Assembly (NCBI RefSeq): GCF_009914755.1
Contig: NC_060942.1
Origin: the human T2T-CHM13v2.0 reference genome, Homo sapiens
Direction: 5' to 3' (one strand)
DNA length: 64,000 bases
How positions within the stretch are numbered: the stretch's first letter is position 1; the number at the start of each line of letters is the position of its first letter. Below the pieces are notes generated by a model. That model searched no databases. It saw only the letters and a program-made list of their open reading frames with translations, and had not been told where the DNA came from. The position numbers and the translations under genes were made by a program. Below are positions 33,756 through 50,502 of this stretch, piece after piece.

Positions 33756-36700
33756 TTATTCCTATTCCTGTCTCTCTGTGGATCATGTTTTCCAGTATCA
33801 CTGCTTTCTAAGAACAAACAGTGATGGCATTTACATACTTAGGACATAATTTATTTTGTCTTCAGATAAAGAAAGGTGAAATAAAATTCAAAATTCAATG
33901 GTGATTAAGACATTTCTCTAGAATAATATATTTTTCCCCTGAAGTCCTCAAGACAGTCGGTTGTAACTAACTAATAACCATCTACAAAAACCACAGAGTC
34001 CTAGAACAGTTAAGAACTGGTCAAATGTCATGCAATCAGACCATTTTAGAACTAGGTTTGTTTATTTTTGAACTTTCATATTGACTTAGATACGCTTGGG
34101 ACCATTTTTAAGGGAATAGCACTACTAAGCATGTATCTGGCTGAGCAGGGAAAATAAAATAATGAATTCTCATGTACCCATCACCCAAATTAAGCAATTT
34201 TCAATTCTTGGCCTGTCTTGCCTCATCCATGCGCCATTTGTTTCTTCTATTTTGTTACTTTGAAGCAAATCTCTGACATAAAATCACTTCAAAAGTGATA
34301 AACTTTCAAGGTGAAAAATCAATCAATAGTTTAGATTAAGTAGTATCAAGTACATATAACACATTTTAACTAGGAAAAATATGTTCCTAATTAGAAGTGA
34401 AAATTCAAATATTTTTTCAAATTTTTAACTTTTTCTTTCTCCTCAGGAATGCCTGTAACTCATAGGTTTCGTTGCTTTACACAATGCCATATTTCTTAAA
34501 GGCTTTATTCAGTTTTTTAAATTATTTTTTCTTTATTTGTTTTCTGGCTGGGTTAATTTGAAGGACTGGTCTTCAAGCTCTGAAATTCTTTCTTTTGCTT
34601 GATCTAGTCTATTATTAAAGCTTTCAACTGTATTTTGAAATTCCTTCAGTGAATTTTTCATTTCCAGAAGTTGTTTTTTTAAAAAAGATCTCTCTCTCTT
34701 CTTTCATATCCTGAATTATTTATCTGATTTCTTTGTGTTGTTTTTTTAACTTTCTCTTGGATTGAATTGAGCTTCCTTACAATCCATATTTTGAATTCTT
34801 TATCTGTCACTTCAGAATTTTTATTTTGGTTAGGATCCATTGCTAAAGACCTAGTGTGATCCTTTGGTGGTGGTTTCACAGCAGTCAGTTTTTTCATGAT
34901 CTTGCTTGAGATGTAGACATCCAGATACAAGAAGTGCAGAGAACACCTGGGAGATACTTTACAAGAAGAACATCACCAAGGTACATAGTCATCAGACTAT
35001 CTAAGGTCAAGTTGAAAGAAAAAATTTTAAAAGCACCTAGAGAGAAGTGTCAAACTACCTATAAAGAAAACCCCATCAGACTAACAGTGGACTTCTCATA
35101 AGAAACCTTATAAACAGAAGAAATTGGGAGCCTATTTTCAGCCTTCTTTAAGAAAAAAAAATGCCAGCCAAGAATGTTCTATCCTGCCTAAATAAGCTTC
35201 ATAAGTGGAAGAAAAATAACGTCTTTCCAGGCAAGCAAACATTAAGGGAATTCATCACAACTAGACTGGTCCTACAAGAAATGCTCAAAGGCATTCTAAA
35301 CATGGAAAAAAAAGGGCAATATGCACCAACATAAAAGCAAACTTAAGTACAAAGCTCACAGATCCTATTAAGCAATTACACAATTGAGATTACAAAGCAA
35401 CTAGCTATCAACATTATGACTGGAGGAAAACTTATCAATATTAACTTGAAAGTAAATGGCCTAAATGCTCCACTTAAAAGATATAGACTGGCAAAATGGA
35501 TTTAAAAAACAAGACCCAACAATTAGTCGCCTACAAGAGTATCATCTAATAGGTAAAGATGCCCACAGACTCAAAGTAAAGGTGGTTTCAGTTTGTGATC
35601 ACACAAACTGAAAACAAAAACAAGCAGGAGTTTTGACATAAGTATCAGATACTTATATCAGATAAAATAGACTTTAAATCAACAACGGTGGAAAAAAACA
35701 AAGAAGGTCATTATATGATGATAAAGGGTTCAATTCAGCAAAACCATTTAACTACCCTAAATGTATATGCACCCAATATCGGAGCAGCCAGATTCATAAA
35801 ACAAATACTATTAGACCTAAGAAAATAGATAGATAGCAACACAATAATAGTAAGGGACTTCAACACCCCATCAACAGTATGAGACAGATCATAAAGGCAG
35901 AAATTCAACAAAGAAACTCTGGGAGTTTCTTCCAGTAGGAGATAGCTTAAAAAGTAAAAATTTAGAAAAAAGAAACAGGGTATAAACTGGACTCTGGAGC
36001 AAATAGGCCTCATAGACATTTACTGAACACTCTATCCAACAAATGTAGAATATGCATTTTTCTTATTCACACATGAAACATTCTCCAAATAAACCATGTG
36101 CTTGGCCATAAAGCAAGTCTCAATACATTCAAAAAAATTAAAATTATATCAAATATCTTCTCAGACCACAGTGAAATAAAATTAAAAATCAACACCAAGG
36201 GGAAATCTCAAAATTATGTAAATACATGGAAACTAAATAACTTGCTCCTGAACAATCTTTGAGTAAATAATAAAATTAAGAGAGAAATCAATAAATTTTT
36301 TGAACTGGATAAAAATAGGGACACAACATATCAAAACATTTGGGATACAACAAAAGTAGTGCTCAGAGGAAAGCTTATAGTGTTAAATGCCTACAAAAAG
36401 ATAGAAAGATCACAAATTAACAACCTAATATCCCACTTCATAGAGCTAGAAAAACAAGAACAAACCAAACTCAAAGCTAGCAGAAAAAAATAAATAACAA
36501 AGATCAGAGCAGAACTAAATGAGATTGAGACCAAATAGATATAAAAGATCAATGAAACAAAAATATTTTTCTTCAAAAGGATAAGCTAAATTGATAGATT
36601 GCTACCTAGGAGTCACCAAGAAAAAAAGAGAAATGATCCAAAAAACACAATCAGAAATGATAAAGGTGATACTAGAATATAATCACAGAAATAATAAAGA

Positions 36701-37105
36701 TCATCAGAGAGTACTATGAGCACCTCTGTGCACAAACTAGAAAACCTAGAGGAAATGGATAAATTCCTGGAAACATGCAACTCCCAAAATTGATCCAGGA
36801 ATAAATAGAAATTGTGAACAAACCAATAATAAGTCATAAAATTAAATCAGTAATTTAAAATACACTCCCAAAAAAGTCCAAGACCAGACAAATTCACAGC
36901 TGAATTTTACCAGGTGTACAAACTAATATCAATCTTACAGAAACTATTTCAAAAAATGAAGGAGGAGGGATTCTTTCCCATCTCGTTCTATAAAACTGGT
37001 ATCACCCTGACACCAAAATCAAGCAAGGACACACAAAAAAGAAAATTACAGGCCAATATTCCTGATGAACACACACAAAAGTCCTCAACAAAATACTAGC
37101 AAACT

Positions 37106-39344
<2,239 letters not shown>

Positions 39345-40011
39345 AAATACTAGCAAACTGAATCCAACAGCATATCAAAAAGATAATATGATGTGCTGTG
39401 GATTTTATTCCCACATGATCAAGTGGGTTTTATTCCAGGGATGCAAGGATGGTTCAACATAAGGAAATCAATAAATGTGATTCACCACAAAAACAGAATT
39501 AAAAACAAAAACCAAATGATTATTTCAATAGATATAGAAAAGCATTTGATAATCCAACATCTTTTCATGACTAACACCTTCATCAAACTGGCATCAAAAG
39601 AATATAATTCAAAATAATAAGAGCCATATAAGGCAAACCTACAGCTAAGATCATACTGAATGGGGAAAGTTGAAAGCATTCCTTCTAAGAACCAGAAATA
39701 GACAAGGATGCCCACTCTCACCACTCCTAGTTAACATAGTACTGGAAATCCTAGCCAGAGCTATCAGGCAAGAGAAATAAATAAAATGCATCTAAATTGG
39801 AAAAGAGGAAGTTAAATTATCTCTGTTCACTCATGACATTATCTTACACCCAGAAAACCCTAAAGACTCTCAAAAAGATTCCTAGGCTTGAGAAATGAGT
39901 TTGGTAAGGTTTCAGGGTTCAAAATGAATATGCAAACATCTGTAACATTTCTATACATGAATAATGTTCAAGCTGAAAGACAAATTAAGAACTCAATCCC
40001 ATTTACAATAG

Positions 40012-40012
<1 letters not shown>

Positions 40013-40046
<34 letters not shown>
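40013..40046. repeat. (CA)n microsatellite inside the L1PB
   Basis: Perfect CA run. Confidence 0.95.
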
Positions 40047-40048
<2 letters not shown>

Positions 40049-40781
40049 TACCTAGGAGTACATCTAACCAAGGAGGTGAAAGATCTCTACAAGAACTACA
40101 AAACACTGATGAGAGAAATGATGGATAACACAAACAAATAGAAAAATATCCCAAGCTCATGGATTGGAAGAATCAGTATCATTAAAATGACCATACTGCC
40201 CAAAGCAATGTACAGATTCAGTGCAATTTCTATCAAATTACCAACATCATTTTTTTGCAGAATTAGAAAAAAATCCTAAAATTTATATGAAACCAAAAAA
40301 GAGCCTGAACAACCAAAGTGATCCTAAGCAGAAAGAACAAAGTTGGGGGCATCACATTACCTGGCTTCAAACTATACTACAAAGCAACAGTACCCAAAAC
40401 AGCATGGTAATGGTAAAATAACAGACACATAGACCAATGGGACAGAATGGAGAATCCAGAAATAAAGCCACATGTGTACATCCAACTGATCTTCAACAAA
40501 GTTGACCCTCAAAAAATGGGGAAAGGACACCCTGTTCAATAAATCATGTTGGGAAAATTGGGTAGCCATACGCAGAAGAATGAAACTAGATCCCTGTTTC
40601 CCACCATAATTAATTCAAGATTAATTAAAGACTTAAAACTATTTTTTTTTTAAAAACCTGAAACTATAAAAATCCTAAAAGAAAACCTAGAGAAAACTGT
40701 TCTGGACATTGGCCTAGGCAAAGAATTAATGACTAAGACCTCAAAAGCAAATACAACAAAAACAAAAGTAGACAAATGAGA

Positions 40782-42594
40782 TTTTTTTTTTAACTATTGT
40801 TTTAAGTTCAGGGGTACATGTGCAGGTTTGTTACCTAGGTAAACTAGTGTCATGTGGGTTTGTTGTACAGATTATTTTATCACCCCGGTATTAAGCCTAG
40901 TACTCATTAATTATTTTTTTTGATGTCCTCCTTCCTCCCACCCTCCACCCTCTAACAGGCCCCAGTGCATGTTGTTCCCCTTTATGTGTCCACGTCTTCT
41001 CATCATTTAGGTCCCACTTGTTAGTAAGAACATATAGTATTTGGTTTTATGTTCCTGCATTAGTTAGCTTAGGATAATGACCTCTAGCTCCATTCATGTT
41101 GCTGCAAAGGACAAGATCTTGTTCTTTTTTATGGCTGTGTAGTATTCCATGGTGTATATGTACCACATTTTCTTTATCCAATCTGTTATTGGTGAACATT
41201 TAGGCTGATTCTATGTCTTTGCTATTGTGAATAGTGCTGCAATGAACATACACACCATGTGTCTTTATAATAGTATGACTTAAATTCCTTTGGGTATATA
41301 CCCAGTAATGGGATTGCCGGGTCAAATGGTATTTCTGTCTTTCGGTCTTTGAAGAATCACCACATTATCTTTCACAATGGTTGAACTAATTTCTACAGCC
41401 TCACCAGCATCTGTTTTTTTTTTTTTTTTTTGACTTTTTATTAATGGCCATTCTGACTGGTATGAGATGGTATCTCATTGCGGTTTTGATTTGCATTTTT
41501 CTAATGATCAGTGATGTTGAGCTCTTTTTCATATAATTGTTGGTCAAATGTATGTCGTCTTTTGAAAAGTATCTGTTCAAGTCCTTTGCCCACTTTTTAA
41601 TGGTTTTTTTTTTTTTGTTTTTTCTTTTAAATTAAGTTCCTTCTTGATATGGTTTTTGGCTCTGTGTCCTCACGCAAATCTCATGTTGAATTGTAATCCC
41701 CAGTACTGGGGGAGGGACCTGGTAGGAGGTGATTGGATCATGGGGGCAGATTTCCTCCTTGCTGTTCTCATGATAGTGAGTGAGTTCTCAGGAGATCTGA
41801 TTGTTTAAACGTATGCAGTACTTCCCCTTTCACCCTTTCTCCTGCCACCATGTGAAGATGTGCTTGCTTACCCTTCACCCTTCCACCATGATTGCAAGTT
41901 TCCTGAGGCCTCCCCAGCTGTGCCTCCTGTACAGCTTGTGAAAGTGTGAGTCAATTAAACCCCTTTTCTTCATAAATTACCCAGTCTCAGGTAGGTCTTT
42001 ATAGCAATGTGAGAATAGGCTAATACACTTGTAGATGCTGAATATTAGACCTTTGTCAGATGTATAGTTGGCAAAAATTTTCTCCCATTCTGTAGGTTGT
42101 TTGTTTACTCTATTGATAGTTTCTTCCGCTGTACAGGATCTCTTTAGTTTAATTAGATCCCATTTGTCAATTTTGCTTTTGTTGCAATTGCTTTTGGTGT
42201 CTTCGTCATGAAATCTTTGCCAGGGCCTATGTCCTGAATGGTACTGCCTAGGTTTTCTTCCAGGGTTTTTATAGCTTTGGGTTTTATATTTATGTGTTTA
42301 ATCCATCTTGAGTTGATTTTTGTACATGGTATAAGGAAGAGGTCCAGTTTCAGTCTTCTGCATATGACTAGCCAGTTATCCAAGCACCATTTATTGAATA
42401 GGCAATCCTTTCCCCATTGCTTGTTTTTGTCAGGTTTGTCAAAGATCAGATAGTTGTAGATGTGAGGACTTATTTCTGGGTTCTGTATTCTGTTCCATTG
42501 GTCTATGTGTTTGTTTTTGTACCAGTACCATGCTGTTTTGATTTCTGTAGCCCTGTAGTATAGTTTAGAGTCATGTAGTGTGATGCCTCCAGCT
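40782..42594 (-). mobile_element. Older L1PA (PA10-16-like) antisense, nested in the L1PB
   Basis: Poly-T start; ORF 42153-42599 is ORF2 ([16 protein letters not shown]); TSD remnant GACAAAT on both sides. Confidence 0.9.
41645..42027 (+). mobile_element. THE1D/MSTA MaLR solo LTR nested in L1
   Basis: TGATATGGTTT...AAATCTCATGTTGAATTGTAATCCC...AAATTACCCAGTCTCAGG...CTAATACA. Confidence 0.9.
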
Positions 42595-42600
42595 GACAAA

Positions 42601-42915
42601 TAATATATATAATATAATATATAATATATAATATGATATATAATATATATTACATATAATATATATATGATATATAATATATATTACATATAATATATAT
42701 ATGATATATAATATATATTATATATAATATATAACATATATAATATGATATATAATATATATTATATAATATATAATATGATATATAATATATATTATAT
42801 AATATATAATATGATATATAATATATATTATATAATATATAATAAATATACAATATATTATATATTATATTATAAATATATTATATCTATAATATCTATA
42901 ATATATATTATATAC
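42601..42915. repeat. AT-rich minisatellite with a unit of about 33 bp
   Basis: ATATAATATGATATATAATATATATTATATAAT repeated; almost no G or C over about 300 bp. Confidence 0.95.
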
Positions 42916-45684
42916 ATACCATGGAATACTATGCAGCATAAAAAAAGAATGAAATCATGTCTTTTGCAGCAACATGAAAGGAGCTGGAAGTAATTATTCT
43001 AAGTGAAACAATTCAGAAGCAGAAAATAAAATAGCACATGTTCTTACTTATAAGTGGGAACTAAACAATGAGTACATATGGACAAAAAGATAGAAATAAT
43101 AGACAGTGGGGACTCCAAAATAGGAGAGGGTAGAAGGAGGTGAGGGTTGAAAAATTACCTATTGGGTACAATGTTCACTATTTGGGTGATGGGTATACTA
43201 GGAGCCCAAACCTTGCCATTATGCAATATATCCATGCAACAAACCAACACATGTACCCCCTGAATCCATAATTTAAAAAAAAATGAAAAACAAAAATGTA
43301 AAAAGTTTTAAAAAGATAGAAGTGAGTACTATCAAGCTGACCATAATGAAGATACTAGTTGATGTTTCAATGAAAATGTGTATTTACTGATCTGAGTCAA
43401 GACAGGTAAACCTCAGACACCTCAGCTCCAACCCCAACAAGTATCTGAACTCTGCTCTTGGCCTTCCTCCTGCCCTTTGGACTTGGACTTTGTTTTGCTT
43501 TCCCTGGTTCAACCTACTCTCGACAGATGTAGGTTGCCTCTGCACTTGCCTCAGCACTCTGGTTCTTCTTGTTCTATTTCAGGAAATGTTTATCTCTGTA
43601 TCTCCAAGCCTAGCTCAATACCTAACACAAAGTAGGAATTCAGCTGATGCTTATTTAAGGAATGAGTTGCCGTGAGAATGGCAAAGAAATCTCAATGAAG
43701 GGAGAGATACTGGACACCTGCTCCAGGGCTCACCTCACCAAAGCGGCAGTTTTCCTTTCAGTGTTCAGTGTCTACTTTTCTCTCCAGGAAAACACTGATC
43801 CAATTGCTTCTCATCGGCAAGATTATTCAAGTAATCTTAGATGTGCAAACAAGCCACGGTGGCCCTTGTGTCAGGCAGAACCAGGGCCCCCTGCAGTTGC
43901 CCATCATACTTCATGTCTTATGAGATGATCCCTGAGCAGCACTGGAGACCCCAGACAGAAGATGCCTTTTTGATGCTATTAAGATCTTTCTATTAGTGTG
44001 GAGGGAATAAAAGGGGCAGGGAAGAACACCCATCCCTGGGGTGTTTCTTTACAGAGCACCCATCGCTCCAAAAGCAGGGGTCACTTTGTGAAGGTAAGAT
44101 CATATTTTTACAGTGCTATCTTCTGAATGAGAGGAAATCCACACGCCAGACAGCCTCCTGTCACCAGACGGCCTGTATCAGCCTCACTATGTGGACTGGT
44201 GCAGTTAAGCCCTGAAAGATGGTGTGCGGGGGTGTCAGACACAGCCCAGGCAGGGGAGGGAGGAACTTCAGAGCAGGCAATCCCACCTCCTGGGAAGGAC
44301 TGGCCTTGTGACCTTAGCCAGTGTCTTCCAGCCTCCTCAGGACCCTCCTTGGTAAAGCAAAGATTAAACACTGACCCATCCACCCAGATCATGTGAGTGA
44401 AACAGCAGCCCCACTGGAAAGGTATTGGAGAATAGAACTCTTTATTTTTTTTTAGAAACATGAACATTTCCATTAATCTTCTCTGCCCCCAAATTGTGGT
44501 TTCTGGTTCCTTGATTCTTACAAATAAAAGAGAGAAACAGTTTTGGAGAACAACGTGTCTTGGCCCTAAGAATAATTTTCTTACTTGTGCAGTTGAGGAC
44601 GGTTTATTATGGGTCTGTTTAGTGTCTCGGTCAAGGGAGGGAAGGAATAAAATGTTGATCCAAGAAGCCATCTTGCTCTGAGGAGTGATGAAGTACATTT
44701 TTGTGTGCTGAGGCACTCTTATGGGTTGAATTTCTTTACAGAATGAGCCCAAGTAGGCAGGTACAGTAATAGAATGGCTCACTGGGAGATTATTAGCAAC
44801 ACCAGAGGCTTATCTGTCCTTGTGTCTCTGGGGAGAAGCACAAAGAGGGGGAACTAATCCACTCCAAGAAGAAGAAAGAGATGGCACCTTATCCCTAATT
44901 TGATGTATCACTCGTAGGGTAGGTAGGAAAGTTCTTCAGTTCCATTTGGCCTAGGCAGTGAATTACTCCTCATATTTCTATTTTCTAGTGGTCAGTGAGC
45001 TATGAGTCATGCAGTGACTCATAGCATCATCATCAATGTATATTTGGGGGTGCTCTCAGGGTTCCTGGGTTCGTGCTGATAAGGAAAGCCAGGCTTTGTT
45101 ATGACTGAGTCTTTTTCCGTGCTATGTGTTTCGTGTGTTTTTTTAGCCGCCACAACCATCCTGATGGTGTCATACCACTCAGAATGATAGAAATGTCTTA
45201 CTTTTTTGGAAACTAGATAAACAAGAATATCATGCATTTGGGAAATGTTTAAATGTACACCCACATGTCAGGCCCACTAAGTGTGTATTTGAAAAATCAT
45301 TTTCATTTTTATCATGCTTTGACAAAAGGAAGTACATCAACGCTCTGTTTAGGAAAAATATACTGTACTCTGCTACTGAACAGCTATGTGCCTTGGGCAC
45401 GTCTCTTAACTTCCCAGGGCCTCAGTTTCCTCATTCACTGTCTACTTTCCTGATTCTACCGTAACACTTCATTAGGTTGCAAACTATGTCTAGAAGGTAG
45501 CAGCACCCCCATCTCTCATTCAAAGGGCCTTCTCAGGACACACCCTCCTCTACCAAGGCTGTGCTCACTGATGACTTCTCCATGAGCAGCTGACTGAACT
45601 TGGTTTGTAGGAAGTTCATACAATCTGCTGGCACCAGCAAGAAATGGAATGCTGGAAGCTTCCAGCTTCACTCAAGTACATTTA

Positions 45685-46830
<1,146 letters not shown>

Positions 46831-47179
46831 TCTTTGGTAGTGGATGCTCTTTGGGGTTTTAATATGAGACATAAAGATCCATATGCTCTATGATCACTCC
46901 CAAGGGTCCATCCCACAACCCCTTTCCCTATTTGCTCCTTATTTTCTATTCTTATTCCTTCCAGGCCTCTGACCAATAAACCAAGCCATTCACACCACTG
47001 CTCAGGGGCCTTGTAGATCTGTACTATGGGCCACTGCTCCCTGCTGGGTTACACTCCTGAAGTCACTCTGAACCCACCCACAGTTTGCTGTGGAGGCCGT
47101 AGTTAAAAAGCAAATGGCCAACGGCAGCTGAGACAGGTGAAATTGGGAGATATGAAGGACTCAAAAGAGGTGTTTCAGA

Positions 47180-49270
47180 CACAAGGTCATTTATTTCTGT
47201 TACTATGTTTTTTATTTCTAGCATTTCCCTTTTATGATTTCTTGAGTTCCCATCTCTGTTTATATTACCCATCTTGCATGTTCTTGCATGTTGTCTACCT
47301 TTTTTTCCATCAGAGCTCTCAGCACATTAATTATAGTTATTTTAAATTTTTGGTTGGTCTGATAATCTTAAAATCTCTGCCAAATCTAAGTCAGGTTCTG
47401 TTGCCTGCTTTGTCTTTTCAGGCTATGTTTGTTTTTTCTTGCCCATTAGCGCACCTAAATTTTGTTGAAAGTTACACATGATATATTAGGTAATAGAACC
47501 TGAGGTAAGTCAGTCTTTGGTGTGAGGGTTTATGATTACCTGGTTAGGAGCTACACTTTACTTTTTGTTGTAGCTATAAGCGTCTGAGGCTTCAATTTCT
47601 TCTACTGTCCTTGTTTTTGTCTCTCCAGTTATCTTTGGGTTTCCCTAGAAATGTCTTTTTAAATAGAGTCTGAGCCTTGCAGACTTTTCAACTATTATCA
47701 TCTGTTATGATTTAGGAGTTTAGTTGACACATCAATGAGATATGTAACTGGCGGGGGACATTCTATAATTCCATAATTAGGTCTCAATTTTTTAATGAGC
47801 CTGTGCTCTTGGGCTGTGAACTTCATAAATGCTTCTTAATTTTTTTCCCTCTCAGGTGAGATAGGAAAGTTAGTTAGGGTGAGAGTTGGGTATTTTCCTT
47901 CCCCTACATTATTTAGATTCTAGAAATGTAAATTCCTTTGAGAGCAGGCAGAGGACAGAACACTCCAAGCTTATTTCAAAATGGGTACTTTCCCTGTCTT
48001 GCTGGAAGCCCAGGGGGATTTTTCTCCAGTCTCCACTATGAGAGAACACCTTGTGGGGCTTAGGGAAGTAAAACTCCAAAAGTGAGAGGAATCGCCCCAC
48101 CACTAAGTTTTTAACTCTCAAACTAGTCCACACTCAGCTTCCAGCAGTTCATCATTACAGTTTAAGTTTCTGGCTCCAGCAGCTTCTGCTCCCACTAAGC
48201 TGTGATTCTCTGTATTCTCCTTTCTCTCCAGTTTTTAAGGCACTAGTTTGCTCTGTGACCTTAATTCTCTGATGAATCTAAGAAGTGTTGTTGATTTTCA
48301 GTTTGTTCCACTTTTGTCTTGTTGTAAGGATGGGAGTGATGACTTCTAAGCTGGTTACACATTGGAGTGGAAACTGGAAATTTAAATTTTTAAATGGGAA
48401 TGAACGCCTTGTTCTTGGGACAGAACAATATAATGGATGTTAATTCCCCCTTGATTTAATCTGTACAATCAATTCCATTCAAATTCTCAATTAGTTCTTT
48501 TCAGGAAATTGAAAAAGTTATTTTAAATTCATTTAAAAATTAGAAGATGTGACAAAAAGCCAATAAAATATAAAAATAAAAGTGATAAGGAGCCTGTTCT
48601 ACCAGGTATCAAAATGTATTACAAAGCTATAATAATTAAAATATCCAGGAACTATGCCAAAGTGTATACTCAAATGATTAGAACAGAATGGCTGGTGCAA
48701 AAATAGACCAAAGTTCATCTGAGAATTCATTCTATGATTAAAGCAGAATTTCATATCAGAGAGGAAAATATGGATTATATTGAGACAACTGGTTAGATAT
48801 TTTGGAGGAAAAATAAAGTTAGATCCACCCTGATACCTTGAATCAAAATAAATTCCAAATAGTTCAAAATTGTAAATATTAAAATTAACAGTAAAAGTGC
48901 CACCAGCAATGAAACTGGTGACTTCACTGCATTTCTGCTCCTCTCCTTTTCCAACTCCAATTCAACTGCCAACTGCATCCTCTGTTTTCAGTCTTATTTT
49001 GTTAATAATTAGGATACCTAAGGCTGTAATATTTCCTCTGAATTTAGCATTATCTGTATAACATAGATTTTGGTAGGAAGTATTCTCTTTTATATTATGT
49101 ATTAGTTAATTTAGAATCTCAATTTTGATTACTTATTTGATCCAAGGGTCTATGAAAAGGGTATCTCTTAAATTTTAGGCAGTTAAATTTTTATCATGTT
49201 TTTGCTATTAATGTATTGTATATTATATTATTATTATCAGAGGCTGGATTTTGTAAAAATAATATTATTT
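47180..49270. mobile_element. Old L1M fragments (antisense 5' region, then sense ORF2 relic)
   Basis: Degenerate L1 motifs, e.g. AAAATGTATTACAAAGCTATAATAATTAAAA and AAAATAAATTCCAAAT. Confidence 0.6.
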
Positions 49271-49559
49271 TCAGAAGTTTTAAAGGAAATTTGAATATAG
49301 CATCTTATACCCAGCCAAATTCATATTGAAGTGGGAGTGCAAATTTAAAAAAGATTTATAGGCACACTAATAGTCAAAAAACATATTAAGCACATTCTCT
49401 GAAAGAATTACTTAATTATATACTCAGTAAAAAAAATTTCAAAATATGCAAAAATAGAAATTAAAAGGTTGTGAGCAAATGATAATTTTATAATTATCAA
49501 AATAACTATTGGTACATAAAATTAGTAATAATCTATAACTAACTATCTTGGAAAATATC

Positions 49560-50502
49560 TGTATTAGTCAGGATTCTCCAGAGGAACAAAACTAAGAGGA
49601 TATACAGCTGACCCTTGAACAACACAGATTTGAACTGTGTGGGTTCATCCAGTTATACATGGATTTTCTTCCACCTCTGCCACTCTAGAGACCACAAAAC
49701 CAGCCCCTACTCTTTCCCCTCCTCCTCAGTCTACTCAATGTAAAGATGAGAAGGATGAAGACCTTTATGATGATACACTTCCACTTAATGAATAGAACAT
49801 GTATTTTCTTTTCCTTATGATCTTCTTAATAACCTTTTCTTTTCTTTAGCTTACTTTATTGTAAGAATACAGTATATAGTACATATAATATACAAAATAT
49901 GCATTAATTGACACGTATGTGTTCATATTATCAGTAAGGCTTCTGGTCAATCATAGGCTATTAGTAGTTAAGTTTTTAGGGATTCAAGAGTTATACATGA
50001 ATTTTTGACTGCCAGGGAGTCAGTATCCCTAGCCCCCCATTGTTCAAGGGTCAGCTGGTTATTCAACTATAATGCATATATAAATATTTCATTATAGGAG
50101 TTGTTCTTATACAGTTATGGAGGACAAAAGTTCCATGATCAGCCTTCTACAAGCTAGAGAACCAGGAAAGACAGTGGTATAATTCAGCCTGTCTGAATAA
50201 CCAAAAACCAGGGGAGCCCATGATGATGTAAGTCCAGTCTGAGTTCAAAGACCTGAGACCCAGGATTGTTGATGTCTGAGGGCAAAAGAAAACGGATGTC
50301 CCAAATCAAACAGGAAGCAAATTTTCCCTTCCTCCAGCCTTTTGTCCTATTCAGGTCCTCAATGAATTGGACGATGACAGTCTACTAATCCAAATGCTAA
50401 TCTCTTCCAGAAATACCCTCACGGAAATGCCCAGAAATAATATATCACCAGTAATCTGGGTATCCCTTAGCCCAGTCAAGCAGACACATAAAATTAATCA
50501 CA
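49560..50502. mobile_element. MLT2 (ERVL) LTR interrupted by Tigger2a
   Basis: TGTATTAGTCAGGATTCTCCAGAG...CCCAGTCAAGCAGACACATAAAATTAATCACA. Confidence 0.85.
49605..50057. mobile_element. Tigger2a-like DNA transposon
   Basis: TIRs CAGCTGACCCTTGAACAA ... TTGTTCAAGGGTCAGCTG. Confidence 0.88.

Noticed and set aside
42650-42993. Tyr/Ile/Asn-rich ORFs; array considered as CRISPR-like
   Set aside because: Translation of an AT minisatellite; no unique spacers, no cas genes, eukaryotic context.
44108-44782. 224-aa minus-strand ORF
   Set aside because: No recognisable domain and random-looking composition; an ORF of this length can occur by chance in 64 kb over six frames.
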